A stretch of 64,000 nucleotides of DNA, taken from assembly GCA_963706325.1 (NCBI GenBank), contig CAVPLT010000004.1, positions 640,001 to 704,000 on the forward strand, given 5' to 3'. This DNA is from an uncultured Nitrospiraceae bacterium (lineage in GTDB: Bacteria; Nitrospirota; Nitrospiria; Nitrospirales; Nitrospiraceae). The notes under the pieces are model-generated. The model was not told the origin of the DNA. It made no database searches and saw only the letters and a program-made list of their open reading frames with translations. Position 1 is the first letter of the stretch. Each line of letters begins with the position of its first letter. Below are positions 52,284 through 62,615 of the stretch, piece after piece. The translations under genes were made by a program, and so were the position numbers.

Positions 52284-53450
52284 ATGACTGATGAGGACCA
52301 GCACCTGCCTGCCCCGGACCTGCACGGCAAACTAAAAGAAGGGGAGGAGTATTTTCTTCGCGTGCTGGAGGGCGTGCAAGATTATGCCATCCTCATGCTC
52401 AGTCCCGAGGGCCGGATCTTGACCTGGAACGCAGGCGCCCAAGCGATGAAAGGGTACCGGGCACAGGACATCATCGGCCAGTCGTTCTCGCGCTTTTATA
52501 CCGAGGCCGATCTGCAGGCCCAAAAGCCCAGTAAGCTACTAAAGGTCGCGGCACGAGACGGCCGGGTATCCGATGAAGGCTGGCGAGTGCGCAAAGACGG
52601 ATCGCGCTTCTGGGCCTTTGTGGTGATTACCGCGTTCTATGACGAGACTGCCACAGTGCAGGGCTATGCGAAGATCACCCGCAATATGACCGAACCCCAC
52701 GAGACCATGCAACGCTTGGAAACGGCGAATCAGCGGCTGCGCGAGCTCGACGAGGCCAAATCGCTCACCATCTCCGTTGCCTCGCACGAGCTGCGTTCCC
52801 CCTTAACGTCGATCAAAGGATATGTGGAGAACCTCCTCGAAGGGGTCGCCGGGCCGTTGCCCGACAGGGTCCTGTACTATTTGACGCGCATCGATCACAA
52901 CGTCGATCGCGTGATCCGCATGACGAACATGTTGTTGGATCTCTCTCGGATTGAGTTGGGTCAGATGCCTGTGCAACTCGGCACGGTCTGTACGAAAGAG
53001 GTCATCACCAACGTGCTCCAAGATTTAAAGCCGCTCGCGGAAAAAAAGGCCATTACGGTGCAAGCGGAGGATCTGGTAGACGTGCCCGTGAGAGCCGACC
53101 GGCATAAATTAGAGCAGATCGTCTGTAACCTGGTTCATAACGCACTCAAATTCACCCCAGAGCGAGGGCACCTCATCATTCGATCCAATGTGACGACCGA
53201 CCACCGTCTCACGATTACCGTCGAGGATACCGGCTGTGGGATTCCACGCGAGTATCACGAAAAAGTCTTTGAGAAATTTCATCGCGCCCCCTCGCCGGTT
53301 CAAGAAGGCTCTGGCCTCGGCCTCGCGATTACCCGGAAGCTGGTCGAACTCCAAGGCGGCACCATCTCGCTCGAAAGCGAGCCGGGCCGCGGGAGCCGGT
53401 TCTGTGTGTCACTGCCTCAAGCCGTAGCGCAGCCTCACGCTCCCCACTAA
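52284..53450 (+). CDS. cytoplasmic PAS sensor histidine kinase
   Basis: PAS (WNAGA, GWRVRKDGSRFW), SHELRSPL, NALKFT, DTGCG, GSGLGL. Confidence 0.93.
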   Translation: MTDEDQHLPAPDLHGKLKEGEEYFLRVLEGVQDYAILMLSPEGRILTWNAGAQAMKGYRAQDIIGQSFSRFYTEADLQAQKPSKLLKVAARDGRVSDEGWRVRKDGSRFWAFVVITAFYDETATVQGYAKITRNMTEPHETMQRLETANQRLRELDEAKSLTISVASHELRSPLTSIKGYVENLLEGVAGPLPDRVLYYLTRIDHNVDRVIRMTNMLLDLSRIELGQMPVQLGTVCTKEVITNVLQDLKPLAEKKAITVQAEDLVDVPVRADRHKLEQIVCNLVHNALKFTPERGHLIIRSNVTTDHRLTITVEDTGCGIPREYHEKVFEKFHRAPSPVQEGSGLGLAITRKLVELQGGTISLESEPGRGSRFCVSLPQAVAQPHAPH

Positions 53451-54139
53451 ACGTCCACTCTCCCATTCCATCATCGCGAACGACTACAGTGATCGGCTTC
53501 TCGTCTGGCGCAATGCACTCTGCTGACTGGCAATTTGCTGCGGCGGATGTTACGGGGAAGATGCAAGGAGCTTGTGTCTGTATGGCACATGGTTGGAGAG
53601 GCTCCTAGACCGCTGATTGCCTATCAAGCACCAGCCTCAGAACGCGTGGCCAACGCAGCGATCTTTAGGTCTGGTGCAAGGTGGTGCCAGCTAATGGCTC
53701 GACCTGTGATTGGACAATTTGAAGGCAAAATAGGTAATCCAGGGGTTCACGACTGGGCACTCGCGCCACTACACCGGCTAGAGCCAAGGTTAGCCCTTCA
53801 CATCTCGGTGGCAGCATCGTACCAATCCCATTCTTTCTATCCCTATTTCCTAACACTAGGCTAACACCTACCCCCCTCATGGTCACTCCCTGCCACCCGC
53901 CATTGGTTTTGGTACCATCTGGGAAATGCGCGGTGAAAACAAAAGGGCGGGACGTTTCCAGCTTTGCCGCCGGTGGTTACTGCCTCGGGTGCCTGACATG
54001 CTCATGACAGGGAACATCCAGGCCCGTTGCGTCCTGCTTCCAACCGGGGGAGGTCCGGAAGTGCCCTGTGAAAACCTGCGCTTTTGGCCTTACCGAATGG
54101 GTAAGCGTTCAAAAGGGATGAGTGAGAGCGAGGCTAGCC

Positions 54140-54343
54140 ATGAATGAGCAGATATCCATGAGAAAGCTGTTAGGCGTTGCGGAAGGCGCACAGTACACAG
54201 GCCTCTCTATTCACACCGTCTATGCGATGGTAAGCCAGCGGCGTATCCCTTACGTGACGGTGGGGAGGCTGGTGAAGTTTGATGTACCCATGCTGGATGC
54301 CTGGATACAGAAGAACACGGTCATGCCGATGCCGCCTAGATGA
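54140..54343 (+). CDS. excisionase-like HTH protein
   Basis: GAQYTGLSIHTVYAMVSQRRIPYVTVGRLVKF. Confidence 0.85.
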   Translation: MNEQISMRKLLGVAEGAQYTGLSIHTVYAMVSQRRIPYVTVGRLVKFDVPMLDAWIQKNTVMPMPPR

Positions 54344-54414
54344 GCCTAGGAGTGGGGAAGTGGAAGTAGGCGGGGGGCCCCCTCGCCACCCATCCCTTCT
54401 CAATTCACATCAGG

Positions 54415-54543
54415 CTATTGCAGGAGATAAAAGGCCAAGACACACAGGGCAAAAACGAGGCTCGCAACCGCAAGCTTGAGGTACCAGAGGTTATTGTAGT
54501 CGGTCTTATTGAATGTATTGGTGTAGCGGTTGCGTTGGTTCAT
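54415..54543 (-). CDS. 42-aa C-terminally hydrophobic peptide
   Basis: hand translation MNQRNRYTNTFNKTDYNNLWYLKLAVASLVFALCVLAFYLLQ; AGGAG RBS. Confidence 0.4.
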   Translation of the reverse strand: MNQRNRYTNTFNKTDYNNLWYLKLAVASLVFALCVLAFYLLQ

Positions 54544-54633
54544 CCCATTGCACTCCTAGGACCATTGTACCGGACCGCTAGGCATAAGAGAAAGCCTCTG
54601 CCAGAGTGGTAGACGTAACGCTACCATCCTATT

Positions 54634-54847
54634 ATTCACACACACCTAAAGGAGTGGCGCGAGAAGCGGGGGTTGTCCGTTCGCAAGCTGGGCGAACTGG
54701 CAGGCGTGCATTACGTCTCGATCGTCCGTATGGAATCCGGGAGACTTGACCGCCAGCTCACAACCGTTCCTCAAGCTGTGTGAGGCATTAGGCGTTACGC
54801 CCAATCAACTTTTAGGGGTGGCCACTAAGCCACGGAAAGGAAGGTAG
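54634..54847 (+). pseudogene. XRE/Cro-like HTH regulator, start lost and frameshifted
   Basis: LKEWREKRGLSVRKLGELAGV...RMESG then LKLCEALGV in a shifted frame. Confidence 0.7.
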
Positions 54848-54851
54848 TCCG

Positions 54852-55810
54852 ATGGGACTGACAAAACACAGGGACAGCTACTATGTGGAGTTTCCCGTGG
54901 ATGATGGCAAACTTTATCCCTTGCTATTGGCGGTGGGGGCGGACTCAAACGCTGGAAGGTCGGTTGTGTCAATAAGACGATGGCAAAGCAGCAGGAGGCG
55001 ATCATTAAGACGCAACTCCTGACTGCTCAACTCACAAGCCCTGCGAAGGCTCGTGCGGAATCGACCACCTTTAGGCAATGGGCACACCAGTATTTCCAAC
55101 TAGCCGAGGTAAAAAAATCAAAAGCTACCGCATGCGATGTGATTACGTTCGCAACTTGGTCAGTTTTTTTGGGCAATAATTCCCTTGGAGCCATTACGCC
55201 ACAAGACGTGCGCCTGTATCGGCAACAGCGTGTAGGGCCCAATGGTAGGCCCTTGGCGGTTCAAACCATCAACCACGATCACACTGCCTTAGTGCACATG
55301 CTCAATGTGGCCAAAAGCCCGCAATTTAGTCTGATTAAAGATAGTGGCCCGACGTAGACATGTCACGCAAGGAGTTTACGTTGCGGCACACGAAGAATGG
55401 AGAGACACGTACGCTGCCTATGACCCCAGATGTGTATAGAATCTTCACGGATCTATGGCAGGAGCGGAGACTAGACACTCAACGTGTCTTCCTGTACAAC
55501 GAAAAGCCGATCCGGGATGTGAAGACCGCCTTTCAGAAGGCGTGCCGTCGGGCGGGAATCACCAATTTCCGGCTTCACGATCTCCGGCACACGGCGAGTA
55601 CCAGTCTGAGGCGGCAGGGGTGGACGCAATGACTGCAATGAAGATCGTTGGGCACAAGTCAGAGCACATGCATAGGCGGTACAATACTGTGCAGCCTGAG
55701 GACCTTCGCCGGGCCGTCTCGCACTCGGCTTCGTATCAAACTAACACGGTAATAACACCAGGCTCGTTGTCGTATGGTGCTGAAAACCCAAGTGCTTGTT
55801 TTTCTAACGT

Positions 55811-55820
<10 letters not shown>
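54852..55820 (+). pseudogene. tyrosine integrase of island C (frameshifts and internal deletion)
   Basis: fragments MGLTKHRDSYYVEF, KEFTLRHTKNGETR, HDLRH, VGHKS, RRYN; stop codon inside tRNA-Arg. Confidence 0.9.
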
Positions 55821-55887
<67 letters not shown>

Positions 55888-56646
55888 AGTACTGAACATG
55901 TTACGAGGCAAACCGATCGAGTGGAATCGCCTGTGTAGAATCAGTGTAGAAAAGTCCGGGAGGGCGAATAGAAATGTCTAATGGCGAAGACACTCTGCGG
56001 GACATCATCGGTACATTTTCAGTAGTGATCGTGGATTAGCGAAGTATCTAGAGAGGAGCGGTGACAATTCACGCGCAGGCAGTTTGCTACCGTCCTAAGG
56101 GCTGGAAAAGCGCAAACAAATCACCGGACGGTCTAATGATACAAGCGATTCTTGAAAACATTGCTATAGACATGGGTGGTGAAAACGTCTCCTCATCGGA
56201 CAATTGACTTTTCCACCAGCACCCATCCTCCACGATCTGGTTCTATGAGCTGATCACAAACGTGGCAAAGGCCCGAACTATTCCGCCCACCTCTCATCGA
56301 TGTTCTGAATCTCTTCCACAGTAGGGCCTAATCGATCACAGGCGTCCTTAAATGCCTGTCCCGCTAGCTCAAGCGCTCGACGCTTGTGCGGTGCGGCCAG
56401 GGCTTGGATCACCGGCATGCCTGCCCCATGGCATCCGTCGCGGTCGTCATCTTTTCTGTCCCTTCTTGCAAGCCTAGGATGAGGGCTGGATTTGATCGGT
56501 TGAATCGCTCATAATCTCCTTTCTTGAGATAGGTAGTTACTCTGCCTAGTCACTCCATCGTGCCTCTCACCCCCCCTCACTTCCCTGCCTGCAAACTAGG
56601 GGTTGCCGTAGGTCACAATGCACCCCCATGAGCGCCAGAGTATCGA

Positions 56647-56829
56647 ATGCAACATGAACCGGTCACCACTCCGCCGCTGACGTTGCCTGAGCTCGAAGAC
56701 ATGTTGACCCGGTATGCCGAGAATGCCGACGTGTCTAAGGTCATTAGGGATGCCATGGAAAAGCGTCTCTCGGGTGTGAGGCCTGATGAGCACTATCCCA
56801 GTCACTCCATCCCCTCATGCGATGAATAA
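56647..56829 (+). CDS. small protein, paralog of 34421-34570
   Basis: PLTLPELEDMLTRYAENADVSKVIRDAMEKRLS. Confidence 0.55.
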   Translation: MQHEPVTTPPLTLPELEDMLTRYAENADVSKVIRDAMEKRLSGVRPDEHYPSHSIPSCDE

Positions 56830-57297
56830 TGATAGGCATGCTAGCTCTTTTATGTCCCTGCTTCTCCATCGTCGCTCATCTTTTGTCTGACTGGTCCCGT
56901 CTGGATAGCAGCGACCTGAAGGGACCGTCCGATTTCCACGAAACCTTGAGACCTCGTGTTTTCGGGATCGAGCAATTACACACGCACACAGGCGTCGGCG
57001 AGCTGGCGCACCGCGGTACGAATCTCCTTACACACAGTTTGCATGTCCGCAATTAAGACCGGCGACACGTGCTCTTCGTCACCCTTTGATGTTGGTAAGT
57101 CACGCAATAGGCTCCTTACTGGTTGTGGGAAACACCCCCTCATAGGGGCCTGCAGGTGGACCTGCACGCGGTCATGGCTTTACGTTGTCAATCGGCGACA
57201 TGCTCAGAATAATCTCTTGATAAGGAGCACAACTTGAGGCCGGGAAAAGTTGAGAATTCCCACATAGAAAACCCACAAACTTTTCAAGCCTTTTCGA

Positions 57298-57800
57298 GTG
57301 CCCTGGACGTCTCGCAGAAGCCGCAGCGGCCAGCTGGGGCTTGCTGCCGAACCAATGACTGAAACTGCGTGGCTACGCAGATCTGCTGGTCAAGGCTCAC
57401 CCAAAGCACAGAGCCTTCTCGGCATTGCGTATGAGCAAGGCGCTGGTACGGAGCAAAGCGATGCAGAATCTCTTGCCTGGTACATGAAAGCTGTGAATGG
57501 CGGTAATGCCGACGCGCAAGGCAATGTTGGACGAATGTTTCCCCTCGTTTAGGTGCAGCAAGGCACGAAAAAAAGTGATTGAGCGGAACAAAAAGCAGCA
57601 GTGAACGGCAGCCTAATCGCGACACCTTACGAAATCTTCATTGCGAGCGGAAAGTGTCGAGCAAAACGATGCCGAGACCTACAAGTGGTTCTCAAAGCGC
57701 CTGATGAAATTAATTACGACTTCGAGGGGAGAGGAGTCGAAAACAACTACGCCAGGGCAGGGGAGCATACGATTCTTATCTGCTACGCTGTTGTATTTAG
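57298..57800 (+). pseudogene. Sel1/TPR-repeat protein remnant
   Basis: WLRRSAGQG...AQSLLGIAYEQGAG...WYMKA..GNADAQ; stop and frameshifts downstream. Confidence 0.7.
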
Positions 57801-57843
57801 TTAGCTGGTATTTTAGCGATACACTTTACTATGCCCTTTGATT

Positions 57844-58743
57844 TCAGCCCGAAGTTTCCAATCGTTTTAATAACTGGCGCGAATTTTTAAGAGCATACCC
57901 CTCCCGATCATTGTTGAAATAAGCCCATACGTGCTTAGCTTTGCTCTGACGAATTTTCTTAGCCCACTCCTCCAATTCTTCATCGCGGTAGTCGTGGCGA
58001 TACCACTGCTTGGTACCATGAAACCGAACATAGATATCATCGGCTGTTTTGATTAAATCGTCAGGCAATCGAGGGCCGCTACAAGAGCAAAAGATTATAT
58101 TGTGTTCACGAAAGGCTTGATAAGCCTTTTCATTCCACCAGCTTTTATGACGAAATTCGACCACGTTCCGGCGAGTAGGGTCCAGCTGGCGCACAATCGA
58201 TTTCAAGCGTGCTGGAGTGTACTTAAAACTTGGAGGGAGCTGGAACAGGAAGCACCCCATGCGGGGGCCCAGAAGATCCGCTATCAACCCAAAATCACGG
58301 ATTAATTCCTGAGTGCCCTTGAAGCGTTTGATATGGGTAATGAGTTCACAAACTTTGACGGTGTAAGCAAAATTATTGTCGGCGGCTTGTCTTTCCCATA
58401 TTTTCACGGTCGCCAGCGTGGGCCAGGAGTAAAAGGGCGCATTAAGTTCAACGGTTTTGAACGTTCTCGCATAGTGTGAAAACCAAGCAGTTGTCGGAAG
58501 GTCTTGCGGATAAAATACTCTTCGCCAATGCCAATAAAACCAGCCTGAACATCCTATAAAGGATTTTTGGCCTCTTAATTGGGGCTTTTTATAGGCGATT
58601 TTATTGGCTTCATCATAAGCAACTCTCAACTCATGCATATTTGCAGCGTGTTTTATATTTGCAACACGTTGTTTTTCACGTCGCAATTCCCGCTTGGCTC
58701 TTCGTTCTTCTTTGGTGAGGACTGATTTTGTTTTGGTAGGCAC
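57844..58743 (-). CDS. DUF72 family protein
   Basis: IGCSGWFY.HW...FYP, TVELNAPFY, LFQLPPSF, VEFRH.SW, YVRFHG, YFNND. Confidence 0.92.
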   Translation of the reverse strand: MPTKTKSVLTKEERRAKRELRREKQRVANIKHAANMHELRVAYDEANKIAYKKPQLRGQKSFIGCSGWFYWHWRRVFYPQDLPTTAWFSHYARTFKTVELNAPFYSWPTLATVKIWERQAADNNFAYTVKVCELITHIKRFKGTQELIRDFGLIADLLGPRMGCFLFQLPPSFKYTPARLKSIVRQLDPTRRNVVEFRHKSWWNEKAYQAFREHNIIFCSCSGPRLPDDLIKTADDIYVRFHGTKQWYRHDYRDEELEEWAKKIRQSKAKHVWAYFNNDREGYALKNSRQLLKRLETSG

Positions 58744-59058
58744 GCTTCACCCTGTGTTAGCCAGTTTTCTTCGCTTCCATCCCAGGTTTCATAACAACCT
58801 TCATACAGGCATCATTTTATCTCAGAAAGTTCTGTACATCTCAGCTCCCTTCCGTGCTCACTGTACGAGCAATTACAAACGACGGATCAATTGCATGTCC
58901 TGTTTCCTGTCCATTGAAACCAACAAACTCAGCGCCCTTGCAGCCCCTGCATTCCGGTACGTTTCGCATCGAGCCCTCACCGCCGGTGGACCCTAGTCAG
59001 AGAACTAGGGCCTCAGCTAGCTTGCCGCCATCGACCATCCTCCTCTAAGGTCAACAAT

Positions 59059-59346
59059 ATGAAACCTCAATCGACTGATCATCTCATTGCGGATACGCTC
59101 GCCATAGGAATGGAGATTCGACAGCATCTCGAAGATCGGCGCAGGCGACTGACGCCTTTGCAGATGGAGGCTTTAACGAATGCCGTCACTGCCATCCACA
59201 ATTATTTCATGTCCTGGAAGGCGCACGAATTAGCCTGTCGGGACACCATGTTGCTTCCCGACTCCACCGTTTCGCGAAGTGCCCATAGGGAAAATCCACG
59301 CGGTTCTGCGAGCTCTCCTCGAAAGCGCCGTTTAAAAGCTTTGTGA
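59059..59346 (+). CDS. small hypothetical protein (intact copy of the 24830 family)
   Basis: paralogy to 24830-25215 including upstream sequence. Confidence 0.65.
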   Translation: MKPQSTDHLIADTLAIGMEIRQHLEDRRRRLTPLQMEALTNAVTAIHNYFMSWKAHELACRDTMLLPDSTVSRSAHRENPRGSASSPRKRRLKAL

Positions 59347-60076
59347 AGCTGGAGTTGTAGCGAGATCCGTTGCCAGAGAGAGGCAATTCCGGATCAGGAA
59401 GATAGTGCTGAGGGGTGTATTATTCAGAAAGCCACTAATGGACGTTGACGAGAGGAGCCTCGCACACGATCCGAGGCGCGCTTCTGCCCACAGCGGAGGA
59501 AAAACCAACGCTCAAACTCCTGTTGAGCAAACATGGTGGCAGGCTTCGGTGCTGCCATTTGAAAGTCAGCGCTTTCATGGCGACTGCAGTCACTCCTCAC
59601 CGAGTGCTAGGAGACGATGGCAGGTGCTTGATATTCTAACTTTTTTTGTTCCACTCCAATCCTCTCATCGACTCACATCCGGATCTAACCCACCGTCCAA
59701 GGATCCATCCGCCTATAGCGCCAATCACCGCGCCCACTCCCACACCCACCCCAAAACCTAAAATAAGATTGGAGTGATCCACTCATAACCTCCTTGAAGG
59801 TACGTGCACGGCAATCAATGCTGTCTTTGCCGTGCAGGATAATTACAGGCAAACAGCGCAGCGGCTTCAGATTTCACGGGCTCGCGGCACCCACCCTCCG
59901 CGCACATCTAAAATAATGCCCCTCCCGGTCCTTGCCTAGCTAGGACATATCCTGGACATCATGGCGTGAAAAGCGTTGGAAAATAGGTGGGGAGAAGGTC
60001 ATTTCGGCACGTGGAGCGACTCCACCAAGGTAAAGCATTCGTTCGTCCTTTCAATGCAAGAAATCACTTGCTAAAT

Positions 60077-60565
60077 TTATGAACCGCGAACTGCCGCCTC
60101 GATTGCAGCGATGTCGATCTTTCCCATTTGCATCATCGCATCGAAAGAGCGTTTGGCGACGGCGGGATCGGAACTGGTGACCGCTTTTGTCAGCGCCACC
60201 GGCGTAATCTGCCAGGACAGTCCCCATTTGTCTTGGCACCAGCCGCACTCACTCTCCTCACCGCCATTCCCTACAATCGCGTTCCAGTAACGATCGGTTT
60301 CGGCTTGGTCGGTAGTTGCGATCTGAAATGAGAATGCTTGGTTATGCTTGAAGGCGGGTCCGCCATTGAGCCCGAGGCAGGGAATCCCCATCACGATAAA
60401 CTCGACCGTGAGTACATCCCCTTGCTTGCCGGAAGGGAAGTCTCCCGGTGCCGTATGTATCGCGCCAACAGATGAATCGGGAAAGGTCTCAGCATAAAAC
60501 CGCGCCGCGTCAACGGCGTCGCGATCATACCAGAGGCAAATCGTGTTCTTTGCTGGATTGGTCAT
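60077..60565 (-). CDS. VOC/PhnB-like (3-demethylubiquinone-9 3-methyltransferase family) protein
   Basis: ICLWYD..A..AARFY, LNGGP.F, CGWCQDKWGLSWQI; GGAGG RBS. Confidence 0.92.
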   Translation of the reverse strand: MTNPAKNTICLWYDRDAVDAARFYAETFPDSSVGAIHTAPGDFPSGKQGDVLTVEFIVMGIPCLGLNGGPAFKHNQAFSFQIATTDQAETDRYWNAIVGNGGEESECGWCQDKWGLSWQITPVALTKAVTSSDPAVAKRSFDAMMQMGKIDIAAIEAAVRGS

Positions 60566-60661
60566 ATTATTCCTCCTTTGGGTCCGCGAATGAACGTGAA
60601 TCAAGGCCAAATGATAGGGGGCAGTGACCCCTCAGATGCAATGCTAAGTAAGCACTCTCAA

Positions 60662-61069
60662 TCAACCATCTTTCTTTGTCGCCGCCGGAATGTCCGCGGG
60701 AAAATCCGACATTTCAAAGACCTGTCGAATCTCAATCACGTCGCCGTTCTGTGCCGGGCAGCGCTTCATCCAATCGACGACCTGTTGCTTCGATGCGGCT
60801 TGCAGCATCCAATAGCCGCCGACCACTTCCTTGGCTTCGACAAACGGGCCGTCCGTCACAGTGGACTTTCCTCCAGAAAATGCCAAGCGCGCACCGGTCG
60901 TCAGCGGTTGCAATCCGTCCAGCGAAAGGAGCGCGCCGGCCTTCTCCAGCTCATCGTTAAATGTGCCGATCTTCGCCATCATCTCTGCATCCGGCGTGAA
61001 ATGCGGATCCGTTTTCTGGCCGTTTTTCGGCTGGTACACCGCTGGAATCATAAAAACTAAGAATCGCAT
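60662..61069 (-). CDS. YciI/DGPF-domain protein
   Basis: VTDGPFVEAKEVVGGYW, IEIRQV. Confidence 0.92.
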   Translation of the reverse strand: MRFLVFMIPAVYQPKNGQKTDPHFTPDAEMMAKIGTFNDELEKAGALLSLDGLQPLTTGARLAFSGGKSTVTDGPFVEAKEVVGGYWMLQAASKQQVVDWMKRCPAQNGDVIEIRQVFEMSDFPADIPAATKKDG

Positions 61070-61110
61070 ATGGTTTATCCTTTTGTTGGATTGTTGGAAT
61101 TTACCTATTA

Positions 61111-61136
61111 GTCGATGGAGGGCGCTGAAATCGACA
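61111..61136 (-). promoter_or_regulatory. ECF42-type sigma factor promoter
   Basis: minus strand TGTCGA-16 nt-CGAC upstream of the DGPF gene. Confidence 0.65.
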
Positions 61137-61698
61137 TTGCGCAGACTAACGGAAAATTGGGAGGTTTCTACGGGGAGAGCAGGTTTCCGGGAGCATGAGA
61201 CCGTCTATCCCTAAGGGGATGTCATTGCTCAGTTCACAGCTGATCGAGCTTAAATAGAAGTATGACGTCAACTGCCGACTTTACTCCGCTTGACTCCCAA
61301 TTTTGCTCCCGATTCCCATTTATACGCAATCTCAATCAGATGCCCAGGCAGGACCAGTCTGATAATTCCGGCTATCGTCTTCGCAAAAGAACTCGCTGAG
61401 GATCGACGGTAGAGCGGGTGGTGCCTCGAGGATCGGCTGTTGAAGTGATGTAGTGCAGATGCGATGCAGGAGGTTCATGAAGTTCGTGCCCACGATTCCC
61501 CGCGATATGTCGGTGTGATATGGCACGGATGGGAATGATCAACTAGGGCAAACTCCAGATTGTCAGACCGTCCTACTCACCCTATAAGTACCAATAGTTA
61601 TCGGGATGTAGGACGACCAGGCATCGGTTGCGTCTATTTCTTTCTTCCTATTCTCAGCAGCGTCCAGCCAGAACCAATTGGCTTGTTTATCATCCAGC

Positions 61699-61902
61699 TC
61701 ATTGGGGCGGATTAATTGGCCCGCACCACTCCCCATCCCACGCGGATCCTTCGTGGTTGGTGCTACCCGGTCGAAATACAGATTGCACCTCGAATCTCGT
61801 GCCGTCCCGGGACAAACCGACGTGAACGGCCTCAGGCTCCATATTTCTCTCTCGGAACCAATACCAACCTTCGAGTGTTGGCTTTTGTAGAGTCCATTTC
61901 AT
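61699..61902 (-). CDS. small phage-like Trp-rich protein
   Basis: MKWTLQKPTLEGWYW...EWCGPINPP. Confidence 0.6.
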   Translation of the reverse strand: MKWTLQKPTLEGWYWFRERNMEPEAVHVGLSRDGTRFEVQSVFRPGSTNHEGSAWDGEWCGPINPPQ

Positions 61903-62026
61903 GCGGGCATGCTACCGTGAGCGGTGCATGAGGACAAGCAGACAATCCCTACGTAGCACCCTGGCGTGAAAAGGTTGTGAAATGAGTGAGGAAGAAGGGG
62001 GCGGAGTAGCCAACGCGTCCTCGTCT

Positions 62027-62215
62027 TTAACGTTTGGCGCTCGTCTCTCGAGGATCGTCGGGATAGGTGTGCGGGTTTTCCCGCTTTGTGCAGGTCAGCG
62101 TCTCTGTTTCAGAGAGGACGTTACCAACACCCTTAGGTGGAAGATGGCGTGTCAAAATTCCCGGTGGTTCGACACCTTCTTCTATGCATCCTGGGCAGAC
62201 ATCTTTTTCTTTCAT
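62027..62215 (-). CDS. small Cys-containing hypothetical protein
   Basis: AAGGAAGG RBS; CPGC...C....H. Confidence 0.4.
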   Translation of the reverse strand: MKEKDVCPGCIEEGVEPPGILTRHLPPKGVGNVLSETETLTCTKRENPHTYPDDPRETSAKR

Positions 62216-62559
62216 AATCGCCCTTCCTTTATTAGGTTCATGCAGGTGCCAACTTCAACGGGGCGGCCCCACAGTCCCTCGGACGGCTCTACCGATGCGC
62301 GTCTCGAGAGGCCAGGAGTTCGTGTGGTCCGTAGCGACATGTGCTTGGTAGTCCAACCTTGGGAATGATAACCAGGGTCATCCATACAAGATTGCATCCC
62401 CAACCCGTTAACAGTTGACTCCCATCTGCTACCGTGGCCTATCTACGTTAATCCCACCCTAGCACACATCAACGCCCGGTATCCCCTTGTTCTAAGCCAC
62501 TTTTGCCGTTATCATTCTCACTCGTTCTTAATCACGGTGTCGTCCGAACGGTGTTTTAG

Positions 62560-62596
62560 GCTGAGGGTCGTTGGTTCGATTCCACCGGACGCACCA
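62560..62596 (+). repeat. displaced 3' half of tRNA-Arg (right att of island D)
   Basis: GCTGAGGGTCGTTGGTTCGATTCCACCGGACGCACCA. Confidence 0.9.
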
Positions 62597-62615
62597 TCAT
62601 CATCCTTTGCTAGCC

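Noticed and set aside
59986..60028. tRNA-like GGTGGGG...CTCCACCA segment
   Set aside because: Only ~42 nt, no D or T loop consensus; probably a chance hairpin
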